In this document: piece by piece, positions 13,023-25,900 of the stretch
Layout: every line of letters starts with the position of its first letter
How positions within the stretch are numbered: position 1 is the first letter of the stretch
DNA from: Lytechinus pictus
Lineage: Eukaryota
DNA length: 64,000 nucleotides
Reading direction: 5' to 3'
NCBI RefSeq assembly: GCF_037042905.1
Contig: NC_087245.1
Coordinates: 16,122,001-16,186,000, forward strand
The notes under the pieces: model-generated
Databases searched by the model: none
Seen by the model: only the letters and a program-made list of their open reading frames with translations
Told to the model about the DNA's origin: nothing
Program-made: the position numbers and the translations under genes

Positions 13023-16000
13023 CTAATAGAAATATCATTTCACAAAAGCTATGTAAACTCTCCTTTTGATTAAAAATAAAATTCAGAATGAATTCGGAAT
13101 TAGGCCTGCTCGACGCAAATTTAGCCTCTTAATATTAGTGAGAATGGAATAAAGAAACACTTAACTCCTCGAGGCGAGATCTTAACCCGTTTCAGGCTCA
13201 TTGCAAGATAATAATGTTGAGGGGTTGAATCACGCCAGTCGCTCCCCTCTTGGGGTTCATTCAAAGTACCCCTAAATTTGTACAATACTTTATTTCCACT
13301 AAAGTTCGGGGAGCTGTTCCTTACCAATTTGATTATTATAGTCACACCGACTATTAAACCGACTCCAAATCGATCGATGATTTTTCATTGAAAATAACGC
13401 GATATTTTGTATTGGTTTGGAGCTAATTTTATGGATGTGACTGTAAGCTTTCTATTATTATTATTATAATAATAATAGAAAGCTTTTCTATCATATAGCG
13501 TCAGATCCACCTCGGACAAGCGGCTAGTTAATAATTGTTTGGCAAATAAATTAATAGATAAGGTATATTTATCGATAAAGTAAACCGAGAGTCCAGAAAC
13601 TTAAGCAAATAAAAATGGATGGGACAGTTCTGATGAACTTTTAGTTGAATGAGATACGCTACTTTCATTCGCTCAATTCATTTCGGATATAAATGTTCAT
13701 ATATTTACCTATGGAATACGCGTTATAATCCATAGCATGTGCTCCTTTGTTATTCCATCCACGTCCCTCGTAAACGTTCAGATCATCCCCGATCAGGAAA
13801 TTGTAACCAATATCATCCCATTTATTCGAATCCATGTGATAGTTCTGTCAACAAAGAAATCGTAAACAAAAACTAAATGTCATTTTGTAATGATCACTAC
13901 TGTACAGATGGGGGTGAAGGTGTTTCTTCATCTTTCGTTTCCTTGAAAATTAAATTCTGGCTATATAGCGCACCACCCCTCGAACTTTTGAAATGTTATA
14001 ACTTTCTTATTTTACATCCGATTTTGATGAAATTTTCAGCGTTATGGTAGTTTGATTTTTTTTCTCTATTTATTCAAATCACCATTTTTTGGGTGGAATT
14101 GACCTTTAACTCTTTGTGAGACACCCCCACCCCCCCAAAACAAATGAACATTTCACATTCCGAAGAATCAGATGATGAGATGCCCGATCTCGCCATGTCA
14201 ACTTCCTTGGGACTTGTAAGAAGATATAGTAAGACTAGGATTTTGGATCCTTTTATGTCAACATCCTATAGAAAAGATGCTCAAATGATGAGATCCCGGA
14301 TCTCGTCATGTCACCTTTTTGGGGGGAAAGATAATGAGACGACAATGTTCTTAGATCCCGTTGCGTCAACATAAATTAAGCTCGGCTCACACAAATGCCA
14401 TTCGTTGCGACGCGATTTTTCAAGAAATCGCATTTTGCATTAAATATGACAGATCCAAGAAGTAAAAATATTTTATTTAAAGTTTGCCATAATGTAAGGA
14501 ATACTAAAATCACATTTATACTTGTGGTCGGAGTAAAGTCCAAATCGGCTTCAAGTCGCAGCCGATGATGACGTCCTATACGATTTAGATTTGAATTTGT
14601 TTTTATTCATTCAGGGAGGCTCGAACTGGACTGAATTTCGGTTTCAGTAGTCCTATACCACTATTCTGAACTCTGATCCGTAAGATTTTATTTGTTTGAA
14701 TGTCCATATCAAATGTTATCACAATTTCTTTGAAATTCGGATCGCAAAGAATCGCATAGTGTGAGCCGGGCTTTAGAGATGATCAGATGATGAGATCTCG
14801 GATCTCTCCATGTCTACATCATTTAGTAGAGGTGATCAGATGATGATATCTCTTATCTCGTCAGGTCAATTTACTGTAGAAGAGATAATATCCAGATGAC
14901 AAGATCTTGGATCGAGTCATGACAAAATCCCCGAGTAGAGATGATCAGTTGAGGAGATTCCTGATTATATCATGTCTGCATATTTTATAGGAGAGATTTT
15001 TTTACGAGATCCTGAAAATTTATCGTAACTTATCTTCCTACACAATGTGTACGCACTTGGCCCTACAAGAAGGCAATCACCTTTTTTGATAATTGAGACA
15101 TGACGAGATCGGGATCACACCATGTCGACATCCTGCTGGGGAGATGATCATATGACAAGATCTTTGATCTCATTATGCCTACATCCTTCAGCAATGATGA
15201 CAAGAAAACGAGATCCTTGGAATCACTCTCAACTTATTTCTTACACCTTTAACACCCGTAGCAGGCAACACCTTGACATGTATGGTGTCATCCTAAGTGA
15301 ACATGATGAGTTCGTAATCTGATCATTGCTGGTAAAGGATGTCGAGATGTAGGGATCTGGGATCTCATCATCTGGCCATTTCCTCTAGAGGATGTCGACA
15401 TGATGAGTTCCGGCATCTCGTAATCTGATCATTTCTGTTAAAGGATATCGACATGTAGGGATCTGGCATCTCATCATCTGGCCATTTCCTCTAGAGGATG
15501 TCGACATGATGAGATCCGAGATCTAATCATCTGCGGTCATCTCTTCGAGGGGGTGTTTCACCCTAATCAGATCCAAGATCTCGTCCGCTAATAGGGTGCC
15601 TACTTTCCAAGATCAATAACTAACTCAACATGTGGGTGGTACTTTTAAGCTTCCATATACCGTACCTGTATTCCTCTGACCGTAGCCTTGCATGATGTCT
15701 CGTCATAGCATCGACTACCATCTGTATGGTGAACCACAGCATACTCGAGAGGAGCATTCAGAGCGGTTGTGCTCTTAGGACTTCGAGCTCCCCACTCAGA
15801 ACGAGAGATGATGTTGGGACACTCGTAAGCTACAAACGGACAAATAGAAACAATTTCAGCATACGAACAATGCAACTCTAATGTACGTCCAAACACCTTT
15901 CAGAAATATATATATAGTTTGTAATTTTCTTATTTATCAGGATATTTGCATTCAGGTAAATCAGCAAAGATCTGGTAGGTTATCATCGATGCCCTGATGA

Positions 16001-18794
16001 AAACGATTCATCTACCCTTCTTCAGTCCCTATCAACCTCAAAGTCACCCATGACGTCGTTTATAAAAGTCTTCATCGCATAACTACACACGAATCATGAA
16101 ATCTCTATCATTAAATGTCAAGACCACCTCAACAAAAAAGTTGGCTTGGATAAAAAGAGAAAAGGCAAACAATCATAATACTGAGAATGCCATCGAAATC
16201 GGATGTAAAGTATAAAAAAAAGCCTATTTCTTATTTTGCTTATTTTCACAAAAACTATGCTTATTAAGACATCCTGTCCTGGCGTGCGAATAATACCTCA
16301 AATACATTTCCCCTATGGCGGCCATTCGAAAACAGTCGTTTTCTTCATTTTTATGCAAGCTACCTTTGTGTAGCTGGTATAAAAAATGTTAAAACGGCCG
16401 TTTTCGACTCCTCGTAGGGGAAATGTGACTGAGGCATTAGGTAACCAGTGATAGTACGTAATCTCTATTCCAATTGTCGAAAATAGCATTAAGGCCCCCT
16501 CACACCTAACCGAATTGCCTGAAATATGCCTTGCGTTGGCTGGCGAAAGGCATTGTTTTTTAAATTGTTTTCAATGGTAACTGATAGTAAATCATATTTA
16601 CCCTTCGTGTTTGGGTTCGTAAATTTTCTGAACTAACAGCTGCGATTATTCAAATTCGCACAGAAATTTTGAACGAAATGAGAAATCGCTGGTCATCTGT
16701 TTGAATTCGTATCTCTTATTTAGTCTGCGGTAATCGTTCGTTTATCGTTCGTGTGTTTTTGTCGCGCATAGTCCCTCTTCGCGCTTTTGCCAAAGTGGAC
16801 CGATCTCGAAAGAACCCGTAACGAAGCAACACGATGACACAACGAACAAGATTGCCTGATCTATTCCCTCGTCTTCGTTTCTAATCGCACGCCATATCAA
16901 ACCATTGCTCACTGTTCCTTCGTCTTATTGGGTTATATCAACCCTTCGCTCGCCTTCGGCCGCAATTTTCTCAAAGAGGTGTATCGAAAAATCGATATCC
17001 TTTGCATGTCATATTTATCCTTTGCTTACCGTTTGTTGATAGAATTTGACAATAGTCACTGATCGCATGATTTTACGGAAATTTTATTTGAATTCGTTGA
17101 ATTCGCGTGCATTTCGTTCAATTTTCCCATTCGTCACCCTTCGTCCGCCTATATTCGGTTAGGTGTGAGCGGGCTTTTACGCATGAAAATGACGATTTTC
17201 GGCACGCACTAATTGGATTAATGTGGTTTTATTTGGATAAGAGCACGTAGAAAATTGTACTCTGTGTGCGTGTCGTAAAGTTTAAGATTTTGCAGTACCA
17301 GCACTTTATTTTAATATTTCATAATTTGTAGTACAAATATTTCATTTTAATTGCCATGGTAATAAAGAAGCCCTTCACGTACTCACATAAAACTCAATAG
17401 AATAGTACTAGCAAATATTACATTACATTCAACTCAACTTTTAGGGAGGAATGGAAGTGACATTTTAATAATAATAATAACAATAAATAAACTTAAACGT
17501 GTCTTGAAAGGGATTTGAAATTTTGTATCAAATCTACTTACTGCCTATTGGCTGAAGTACTACCGGATCTATAGAAGATACACCCACGTCCTTCAAACAT
17601 GTAAAGTAAAAACAAAAAGGAAGAAAATTGATTGAAACAAAAATGGGGTTATCGGAACGATATATTGATATCTTAAAATCATATATTCTGTCATTGATGA
17701 TGATCGGTAATGTGGTGAGGATTACGTTGACAGTGATATAAAACTCATCGCCATTTTCATATTGTTTCATAATGTAAACTAAATTTGAACTAAGAAGCTG
17801 TTTTTTTATATTCTTTCACAAATTGAAAGTCTGATTGACATTTTTTCATAAAGGCCTGGTCACACTGTTAGAACTTTGCTGGGGCGTTCCTGGAACGGTG
17901 AAAAAAAAAATTACCGCTCGCTACCTTTCACCACCTTTTAACAGAAGTTGGCTCCCGTTATGGCAACGCCGTATACGCTCTGTCACCGCTGACGGTCCCT
18001 CCTTCCGCTCCGAACGTTTTGAGCTGCACAAAATATTGCGAGTGATGAGGAGCGGTAATTTTCCGCTCCGGCAAAGTTCACCACCGCTCTTACAACGCCC
18101 AGTCAAAGTTTGGCACTGCTAGACGCAAGTTCGTGGACCCTTGGGTCCGCTAGGCCAACGCAGAGATCTTGAATGCTGGACCACCGCTGCTTCGCCAGCT
18201 TTGCCCGGGCGTTAATTAAACGTTGCATAAACTTCGGTGGAACGGTTGTAAGCGTTTTACGAGCGGACACGGGATTGCTGGAACGGTGTCGGGCGTTAAG
18301 GCAGCGATCCATTGCGGTGATGAGATTTGGTTTGGCGTTGATATGGAGGTGTCGGAGCGAACCATCGCTCGCTACCGTTAAAACCAACGCTAGAGCAACG
18401 CCGGTTTCAGCGGTGAATCGCTAAGTCAACGCCCGTGTTTTCGATTTCCCCCCCCCCCCCCCATTTTGTGCGCGGTGACGAGCGTTGTCGAAATTCGACC
18501 CCCTCTTGCTACCGTTCAAGGAACACTCAAACAAAGTTTGGGCGGTGTGACCAGGCCTTAAGATATCTTTATACAATTCGAATCCTACCTCTAACAAACC
18601 GTTTTTTAATATATAATGAAATCAGATAAAGATGATTATGAAACTGCCGAGCAAAATGTATTCTAATTATTATCATCAGACATAATTATGAAATAAGTTT
18701 CCTTTACCCTTTTCTCAACAACGTTGCCATGGCAATCGACTACTAGTATTGCGAGAGAGCAAATACTGATCAGGACATTACGCAGAGAACCCAT
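7811..18794 (-). CDS. PGRP: Secreted short peptidoglycan recognition protein, predicted zinc-dependent N-acetylmuramoyl-L-alanine amidase (229 aa)
   Basis: Exons 18794-18708 (signal peptide MGSLRNVLISICSLAILVVDCHG), 17590-17542, 15829-15666 (CPNIISRSEWGAR...VVHHT), 13844-13709 (YHMDSNKWDDIGYNFLIG...VYEGRGW...GAHA...YNAYSIG), 12889-12799 (ICMIGTF), 9756-9651 (LYGHRQATATSCPGDKLY), 7867-7811 (RYTSGSQYNPLDGEQCSI*). All junctions GT/AG and in phase, 690 nt in total. The last exon is the least certain. Confidence 0.93.
9856..10445. mobile_element. Non-autonomous DNA transposon with long imperfect TIRs, TTAA target duplication and AG...CT termini (Kolobok-like)
   Basis: ttaa|AGGACAAGTCCACCCC ... 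GGGGTGGACTTGACCT|ttaa, with about 130 bp inverted ends. Relatives at 29136-29728, 29737-29950, 13985-14105, 16115-16250 and 37895-38490. Confidence 0.8.
10708..11280. repeat. Repeat element with multiple direct and inverted copies of TTGCAAAAGGGGTTAGATCC
   Basis: Motif forward at about 10716, 10898 and 11083, reverse at about 11039 and 11243. Confidence 0.6.
14117..15561. mobile_element. Foldback-like element built from ~54 bp GATGATCAGATGA..AGATCTCGGATCTCGTCATGTCTACATC units, with a nested Harbinger MITE
   Basis: Terminal inverted gtgagacaccccc / gggggtgtttcac. Units forward to about 15250 and reversed from about 15275 to 15545. Confidence 0.6.
14379..14772. mobile_element. PIF/Harbinger-like MITE
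   Basis: tta|AGCTCGGCTCACAC ... GTGTGAGCCGGGCT|tta, 3-bp TTA target duplication. Confidence 0.8.
16492..17176. mobile_element. PIF/Harbinger-like MITE
   Basis: tta|AGGCCCCCTCACACCTAACCGAAT ... ATTCGGTTAGGTGTGAGCGGGCTT|tta. Confidence 0.8.
17852..18558. mobile_element. PIF/Harbinger-like MITE, GC-rich, in PGRP intron 1
   Basis: taa|AGGCCTGGTCACAC ... GTGTGACCAGGCCT|taa, perfect 14-bp TIR and TAA target duplication. Confidence 0.85.
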
Positions 18795-20453
18795 GGTAGA
18801 AAGTATCAGCATCCGACCAAAAAAATTGTACTTCTCGCCACCTCCTACTTTAATAGAATAATTGACGATGGTTAAAATCGTCATCGAGATACTGACCCCA
18901 AAACATGTGCCAAATTATTGAGGACTTTGAATGTGAAATGCAAATCAGTTGTGTTCAGAAGGTGATCTGTGAAATTGAATATTTGCGCCATTGTTTTCGC
19001 ATTCGAGACAGTATTTTGTAGTCTGAGGGCTATTGTATTCCCTACATTAACCTTGCATTGAAAGTCGTTACACGTGTAACGTAAAGATCTTTTTCTTGTA
19101 CTTAAAAGAGCAACCGCTATTCTGGTGAAGTATGGGCTGGATTGAGACCCCTTTTTAGGGGTCTTAAAAATTTCTTTACGATCGTAATTTCTATTCAATT
19201 TTCTTCAACATCTAACCATTTTGTCCTTATTTGATTTGCTTATACTCTTCTCTTCGTGTAATACAATAACTTAATATTAAATTAGTAAATCATTTATTGA
19301 AAACGGGTAATTTCTCATTATTCCTTGCTTCTAGCTTGCTCCCAGCTTTAGAAATGTACACTCACCATGACAACATTAAAAAAAAGTCATGGCTCAGGCT
19401 AGCCACTTGATTAGAAGGCAGGAGTAAACAGAAGGAAAAAAAATCAAACATAAATTATGATTTGATACTATATAAATTAAAAAAAGAATTGTTTTCAGAC
19501 TACCACAGCTGCATGAAGCTTCATGATTAAAGTTATTCATCGGTTATAAAACTAGTATCCTTAGCCGTGTAAACATAGTCGCAGAAATGAAGTTTGAGAA
19601 ACCAATTGTGAGACTCGATACATCTGGTGGTAAAGCAAACTTGGCACATCGTGAACTTTGTATTTTGATGAAGATATCAATGAACTGTTTTACAATGAAT
19701 CGCAATTAATAAACTTAAATCTATTCTTTAATGAGAACGTAACAATGTCAGTAATTACCCTGATATTTTTAAACTGTCTCATATTTATTGGTTATCTTTC
19801 GTAGCTATGTTGTAAACAATATGTACAATGCTACACCTATATTATAATCGTATTTACTTGGATAAATAAGGTCAACCGGTTTATTTCATCCGCGAGAGTT
19901 CAATCGAAAATCGATTATCTTATTGAGACCAAACAGAGCTGTCATAGTTATCTTCATGAGATCCATCATCATCATCGAATTATATTCTGCAGGTGATCAG
20001 ATTCTCATAATACAATTGCAAGGAGTGTGTGATGGTTAATCTTACAATTTTTTTAATCTTTTCCTGTTTTATACTTGAACTGTGCATCGAAAACCATTTA
20101 ATTGTCTGTAGATCACAATAACAATAACGTAGTAAACATAAATTATGAATGATGAATGATCTCCATTATCGACCACACCTTGAAGTATACCCTTAAAAAT
20201 CTCTCTTTCTCTCTCTCTTAATCGTATGATAATTAGTTGGAAAAAGCCCGTTAAAATGAAGGCACAGTTGAAATTATAGGCGATATGAACCAGTTGGAAT
20301 ATAGGAACACATTTCGCTTCAAATTCAGCTCAAAAATTACGAAATTAATTTCCGCCGATGTGCGATTTCCTAACGATATATAGATTTATGTCTATAAAAC
20401 CGACTAATGGAATGTTAAATGCTTGCTGGGAAAGTTTCATTATATTGTCAAAC

Positions 20454-20647
20454 TTTCACCCAGTAAATTAGATCGCATTGATCGATCTGTCTGATAAGTC
20501 AAAAAAAATCTAAGAAACAGCAGGATTTGAAACTCTCATCTACTGATTGCCGGTCAGCGACTGTAACACCAGGCCATCGCTGGTTCCTATAATTTTTTTG
20601 ACTTATCAAACAGATCGATCAATGCGATCTTATTTACAGGGTAAAAG
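20454..20647. mobile_element. Small inverted-repeat element with ~55 bp arms around a tRNA/SINE-head-like core
   Basis: gtaaattagatcgcattgatcgatctgtctgataagtcaaaaaaa versus tttttttgacttatcaaacagatcgatcaatgcgatcttatttac. The - strand core reads tggcctggtgttacagtcgctgaccggcaatc...gagtttcaaatcct. Confidence 0.65.
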
Positions 20648-22965
20648 CCATAAGTATTTACAGTATAACGACAGAGACTAGTCTTTCAACTCGTCTAAAT
20701 TCAACTTTAAATGTGGGGTGGACGCGAAACGCCTGTAATTAAATGATATTTTTGCTCTGTTTCTTTCTCCCCCCCCCCTTCTTTTGCGCATCCTCAATGC
20801 ACTGCCTATGGCACAATGTATTATCCTCCCCTAGATAGCGCCAATGATTAAATTTCCTCTCCGACTCGTAAATATAATATATGGAATCACCTTGAATTTT
20901 CACTTTGCTGGTAATTAAGGAAAAGCGAAGGAACGTTCAAGACAGAGTAAAAATTCAAAACAAGGAAACAAAATAAGGAAATAAGACATTCTATTACAGA
21001 GGGTAAAGGGAGGAAACATTTATATTCTTTCTGTGAAATGCAAAGAATGAATATTGTATTGAAACTATTTTGGGGGCAATAAAAAATAATCATATAAAAA
21101 GTATAGAAAGTAGCTGATAGTACAAAATAGAGTAATAACTAGAAGATCAGAAATACAAGTACTTTTATGTCGCGAAGGCGAATTCACAAAATAATTCCCG
21201 GAATCAATATTTCCTTTTGAGCTGTACTCACTCGTAAAAGATTCACAAAACGATATAGTTCATTCAGATACAAAGGATATATGAAGTGGTTTAGTGACGA
21301 TTTCAATTCAGATGACTTTTAGGTTTTTATTTTATTTTGATGACAAAAATAAGACATTAAAAAGTACCTGGTTCTCCTCGCTCGCTCCTATTATAATTAG
21401 CATTGTTTGAAAGCAGAATAAGTCTGAGAGACCAATCACTTAAAAAAAAAACGGGTCAGTAATATCGAAAGAATATATGAAAAGCTCCAACATTGATTGA
21501 ATGAGAAGGCAAACAAGTCAGCTAGCACCAACATTAAAAATGGCTTTAAATGACATTATTTTATTTTCAGGATCTCCTTCTCTCTCTCTGTCTCTTCATC
21601 TCTCCCTCATCTGCCCCCTCTCTCTCTCTCTCTTTCTCACACTCTCTTTAGTTAGAAAATAGATATAATTATATTTAAAAAGAGTATAATATTTTCCTGG
21701 ATATCAAAATAATTTTTTATGGTCAATAAATCGCAAAAAGGCTAATAATATGTCGACAAAAGATATCGTAAGAGAATTCGCATCGTATATAGATACATTA
21801 CGAATCCTTACTAACATTTATGGAGTGAGAAACAAAAAATACTTTATGAAACCTATTTAATACGATTCAAGCTTGATATTGATAAGGCATGAAAACGTAC
21901 TAAACAATGATGTAAACAAGAATATTGTAAATCACACATGAAAACATTAAAACACAATGGTGTCGAAATTAATGATTTTTTTCGGGTAGTTGATACATTT
22001 CATAATTTTTTTCTCGGATAAGGAACGCCTGATGAAAATATTGCATCATAACATTTTACGTGACTTTGTTCAGTAACCACTTTCCAATTCTCTACTATTA
22101 GTACCAGTACACAGAAACGAAGTAATTAATTATAGTTAGAAACTGAACAATAAGCTGTGGGCACGATAATATAGAATAATTTACCGTACTTAAAATTACT
22201 GTGGAATGTGATAAGGCGTTCTTTACATAAGTATAACCAAGGTCAGGAATCAGACCACGATAGGCCTATATGGTGTTGGTGTACATGCAGACAATGCTGT
22301 TCAATCTACAATTTAATACATGACTAAACTCCGTACGACTGTACACTTTCCATTACGCAATTACATTCATGTGTAATACTTTCATGCGAACAACCAATTC
22401 ATGACATAATTTGACCCATAAATTTCATTACTTCAAACCCATATTTCATCATGCCACTCAGCTTAAAAGATAATATTACTAATAAACTTTATGATAACAA
22501 GTAATTTTACTCACGTCACAGGGCTTGTATCACGAAATTAAACGGAATTTAACTCCGAGTACCTAGGCAAATGACACATTTTCCACGACGAGGCAAAATA
22601 AGCAACATGCCCTCAAGCGGTCAAATTCAAATCTATCTCAACGCTTTATTGCCGCTTCTGGTGTCAATTTACATCATTAAACAATCATTATAACGGATGA
22701 TGAAACTATGAAAGCTTCATCCTGCATGTAGACGCCACTAATGGCGTCGTGCCAGAAATGCTTAAGCTTTTCTAAGATTATACCAGTTTACAAAAAGGAG
22801 AAAAGAACATAGTATATATTTATTATTTACTGAGTCTTTCAAAAGTCTTTGGAAGGGTGGCTGATACCGCCGACTCGCAGTTTTTATTTATCCAAAAGTA
22901 TATTCCATCTCATGCTATTTTCTCTTTTTTTTGGGAAAAAATACCGCTTTTAATCAATCTCCAAA

Positions 22966-25900
22966 TTAGTTTGATGAATGCCATCTCGGACGATTCTTTC
23001 CAGACAATTGTTTGTGATCATATTTGATGGTCATGAAACCACCTTCACTATCCGGTAGTTGCATGAGCTGAATAGACCCGTCAGCTTTCACTAGAATCTC
23101 GAGCATACGGAAAGCCAGTGGAGTGTTGGACGGGATTTCTATGGAGCGCTTTCTTTCGTTTGACAGAGATGTTTCAAGGTTAACAATCTGAAATGTGAAT
23201 ATGGAGATAATTAATTTTCATATGTGAATAATACGTTACTATAGTTTGGGGATTAAATGTGCATTCTTGCAATAAAAAATAAATTTACAATTGACTAATC
23301 AATATTTACCAAGAAAATTTGAGAAAATCAAGTAATGATTTCTGTAACCGGAAAAATTTCATTGAATTGTTATTGTTGTTTTATTAATTTCTACTTCATT
23401 CGCATAAGTACAAAACAGTGTCACTAATAAACCATGTCTGCTAGGCCTAGCATAAATACATTGTGGCAATAGATTTAACAGGCATATAAATTACAGTTTT
23501 TGTTAACATCCAAAAGGGTAGAACAAATTGAAATGACACAATTTTAGTTATGGAAACGGACTGTCTTCTATAAATAATATTTCTAAGACTGATGATTGAT
23601 ATAGAGGCTTAAACTGGCTTTATATCTGATCTTGATTACAAGTTTACAGGGCCCTGGGAACGAATTTTTGACTGGGGTGCTGTTGTCAATTTGAAAAGCA
23701 AAAAAAAAAAATGGTTTCACTAAAAAATGAAGGTCATTTCGTCACGAGAAATATGACAAGCTAAAAAAGGGTTTCTGTTACAGTTCTCTATTTCATCACA
23801 GTGTCCAGAATTCCTGGGGGTGCTGCCTATGGAAAATAATACACTCAGCATCCCCAAGAAAAATCTAGGGGGTGCATCCCCACTTCTAAGGGCCATGCAA
23901 GTCACACAAAACTTTTCTTGGTCAAATAACTGGTCAACATTTCACCCCGTGTTGCCCCTTGTAAATGACACATTGTCAAATCGCACACAAAAGTGACACG
24001 TTTATGTGTGACATGGCACACAGTGACTGCCCTATGTGAATCACAAATTATTTGTGCCATTTATACACTCTTAAAACAAATCAGTCAAATTGACTAGACC
24101 AGTAGTCAGCTGGGTGTAACTAGTAGTCTATTATATTCTAGTCAGAAATAACTCTGTTCTCGTAAATTACGACTAGAAAAATGTCAAATATGGCTAGAAT
24201 AACAATTGCACCAAGCTGACCCTATGAACTAATTATTTTTGACCGATTTGTTTTTAGAGTGTTTTCAAAATGTGTCACGTTACAAATAAAGACAACTCAA
24301 ATGTAGAATTTAATATTCATAATTATGATATGTAGCAAAAAGACAATTTTCACAGTCATAGAAAAGTGAAAACAAATTTTTAAAAGGGAATTGAGGACAG
24401 AAAAGGAAATAAATTCATGGGAAAATAAGAGCACCGCCCATGACACGTCCCCCCCCCCCTTGCCCTAGATATGCCAGTGATTTCATCTCTTTTTTTTTGT
24501 AAATATAGAGGATTGAAATCACCATCCTTGATTATTCTTTGTTTGATGATTAAGGAAATGGAAAGAAAATAGTGACATTTAGTTAGAAAACAACACAAGG
24601 AAACGACAAAGGTTTATGCGGGGGCTGACAAAGGTTTATGGCAGATGAAGGGGTGAAACAAAATTGTATTTTTTCTGTGAAATGCGCATTAAGAATATGT
24701 TCTTGTAATAATTTATTGACGATCAAGGGAAGAAAATTCGGGTATAAACTAAGAAAAAAAAAAAAAAAAGATATCTTTCTGTGGTAGATGACTGTACAAA
24801 CTAGAGGAGAGTAATATTTACAAGATCAGTAAAGTATTAGTAATCATTATTTTCTAAATTGGAGGCAAATTCACAAAAATTGTTTTTTTTTCTTGTAAGC
24901 TGCACTCACTCATTAAACAATACAAAGGATAATTTGTTCAAGAACAAAAGGGTATATATTAATAAGTTAAGTGACATTTCAATTCAAATGTTTTAAGTTG
25001 ATATTTAATTTCATTAATAAGATATATACGCACATTAAAAAATATCTGATTCTCTTCGCTCGCTTTGATCACTCATTTATTAGGGATGTAACCGGAGATG
25101 GGTATGTGATCGGTTGTCTCGGTACTTTTTTTATATTTCATTTAAGTAGCCCCTTTCAGTACTTACTTTTTCGAAGTTATTAAGTGTATATGAGAAAGAT
25201 ACAGAAAGGGACGATACCCTAAAATTGTCAGGCCATTCTATGCCTAAAAATGGGTTTTATTATTTTCATAATCATTAAACAAATACGCAGATAATATGTT
25301 TGATCGGGCATTCACAGTTTTATTTTGAATCCTTTACATCTCAACCGTTTTATAAATTGAAATATTCCTAGTGACATCGACTTTAATTCAGCGATATTAA
25401 AGACATATTTTTAGTTTGCATGTATAAATTATCCCAAATAGATAAACTGTCAAAAACATGTTTGATGGATAATTGGAAGTTATTGTATCTTTTTTGTATC
25501 AGTGAATTATCACGTATATATTATGTTGTATGCCCGCCACAAACGGATCAATTCCTTTTTTATGATAAGTAGGCCTACTGGTAACCTGCATTAAAATGGG
25601 CTGGAATCTTGAAACCTTAATATCAAGCGATATTATTGTTTGATTTCTACAAAAAATGTCGAAATCGTTGAATTGTGGATAATCCTTTTTTTTATTGGGA
25701 TCCAACAAGCATTGTTAAGAACAATTTAGAATCTGCGTTTTATTGGCTCACCGAATTCATTGACCCCGGAGTAATATTTCCATCGGCTGATCCACTACTT
25801 TGTATGTCCACTGTAAGCTTAGACTCTGCTTCTGTGCTTAGTGTCATCACGACAAGGCAAAGAGTATTGCGTTTCGTCGACATTACTTCTTTGATGAAAT

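Noticed and set aside
17835..18629. Overlapping GC-rich ORFs on both strands
   Set aside because: They lie inside a Harbinger-like MITE with TIRs and a target duplication; no transposase or other recognisable motif.
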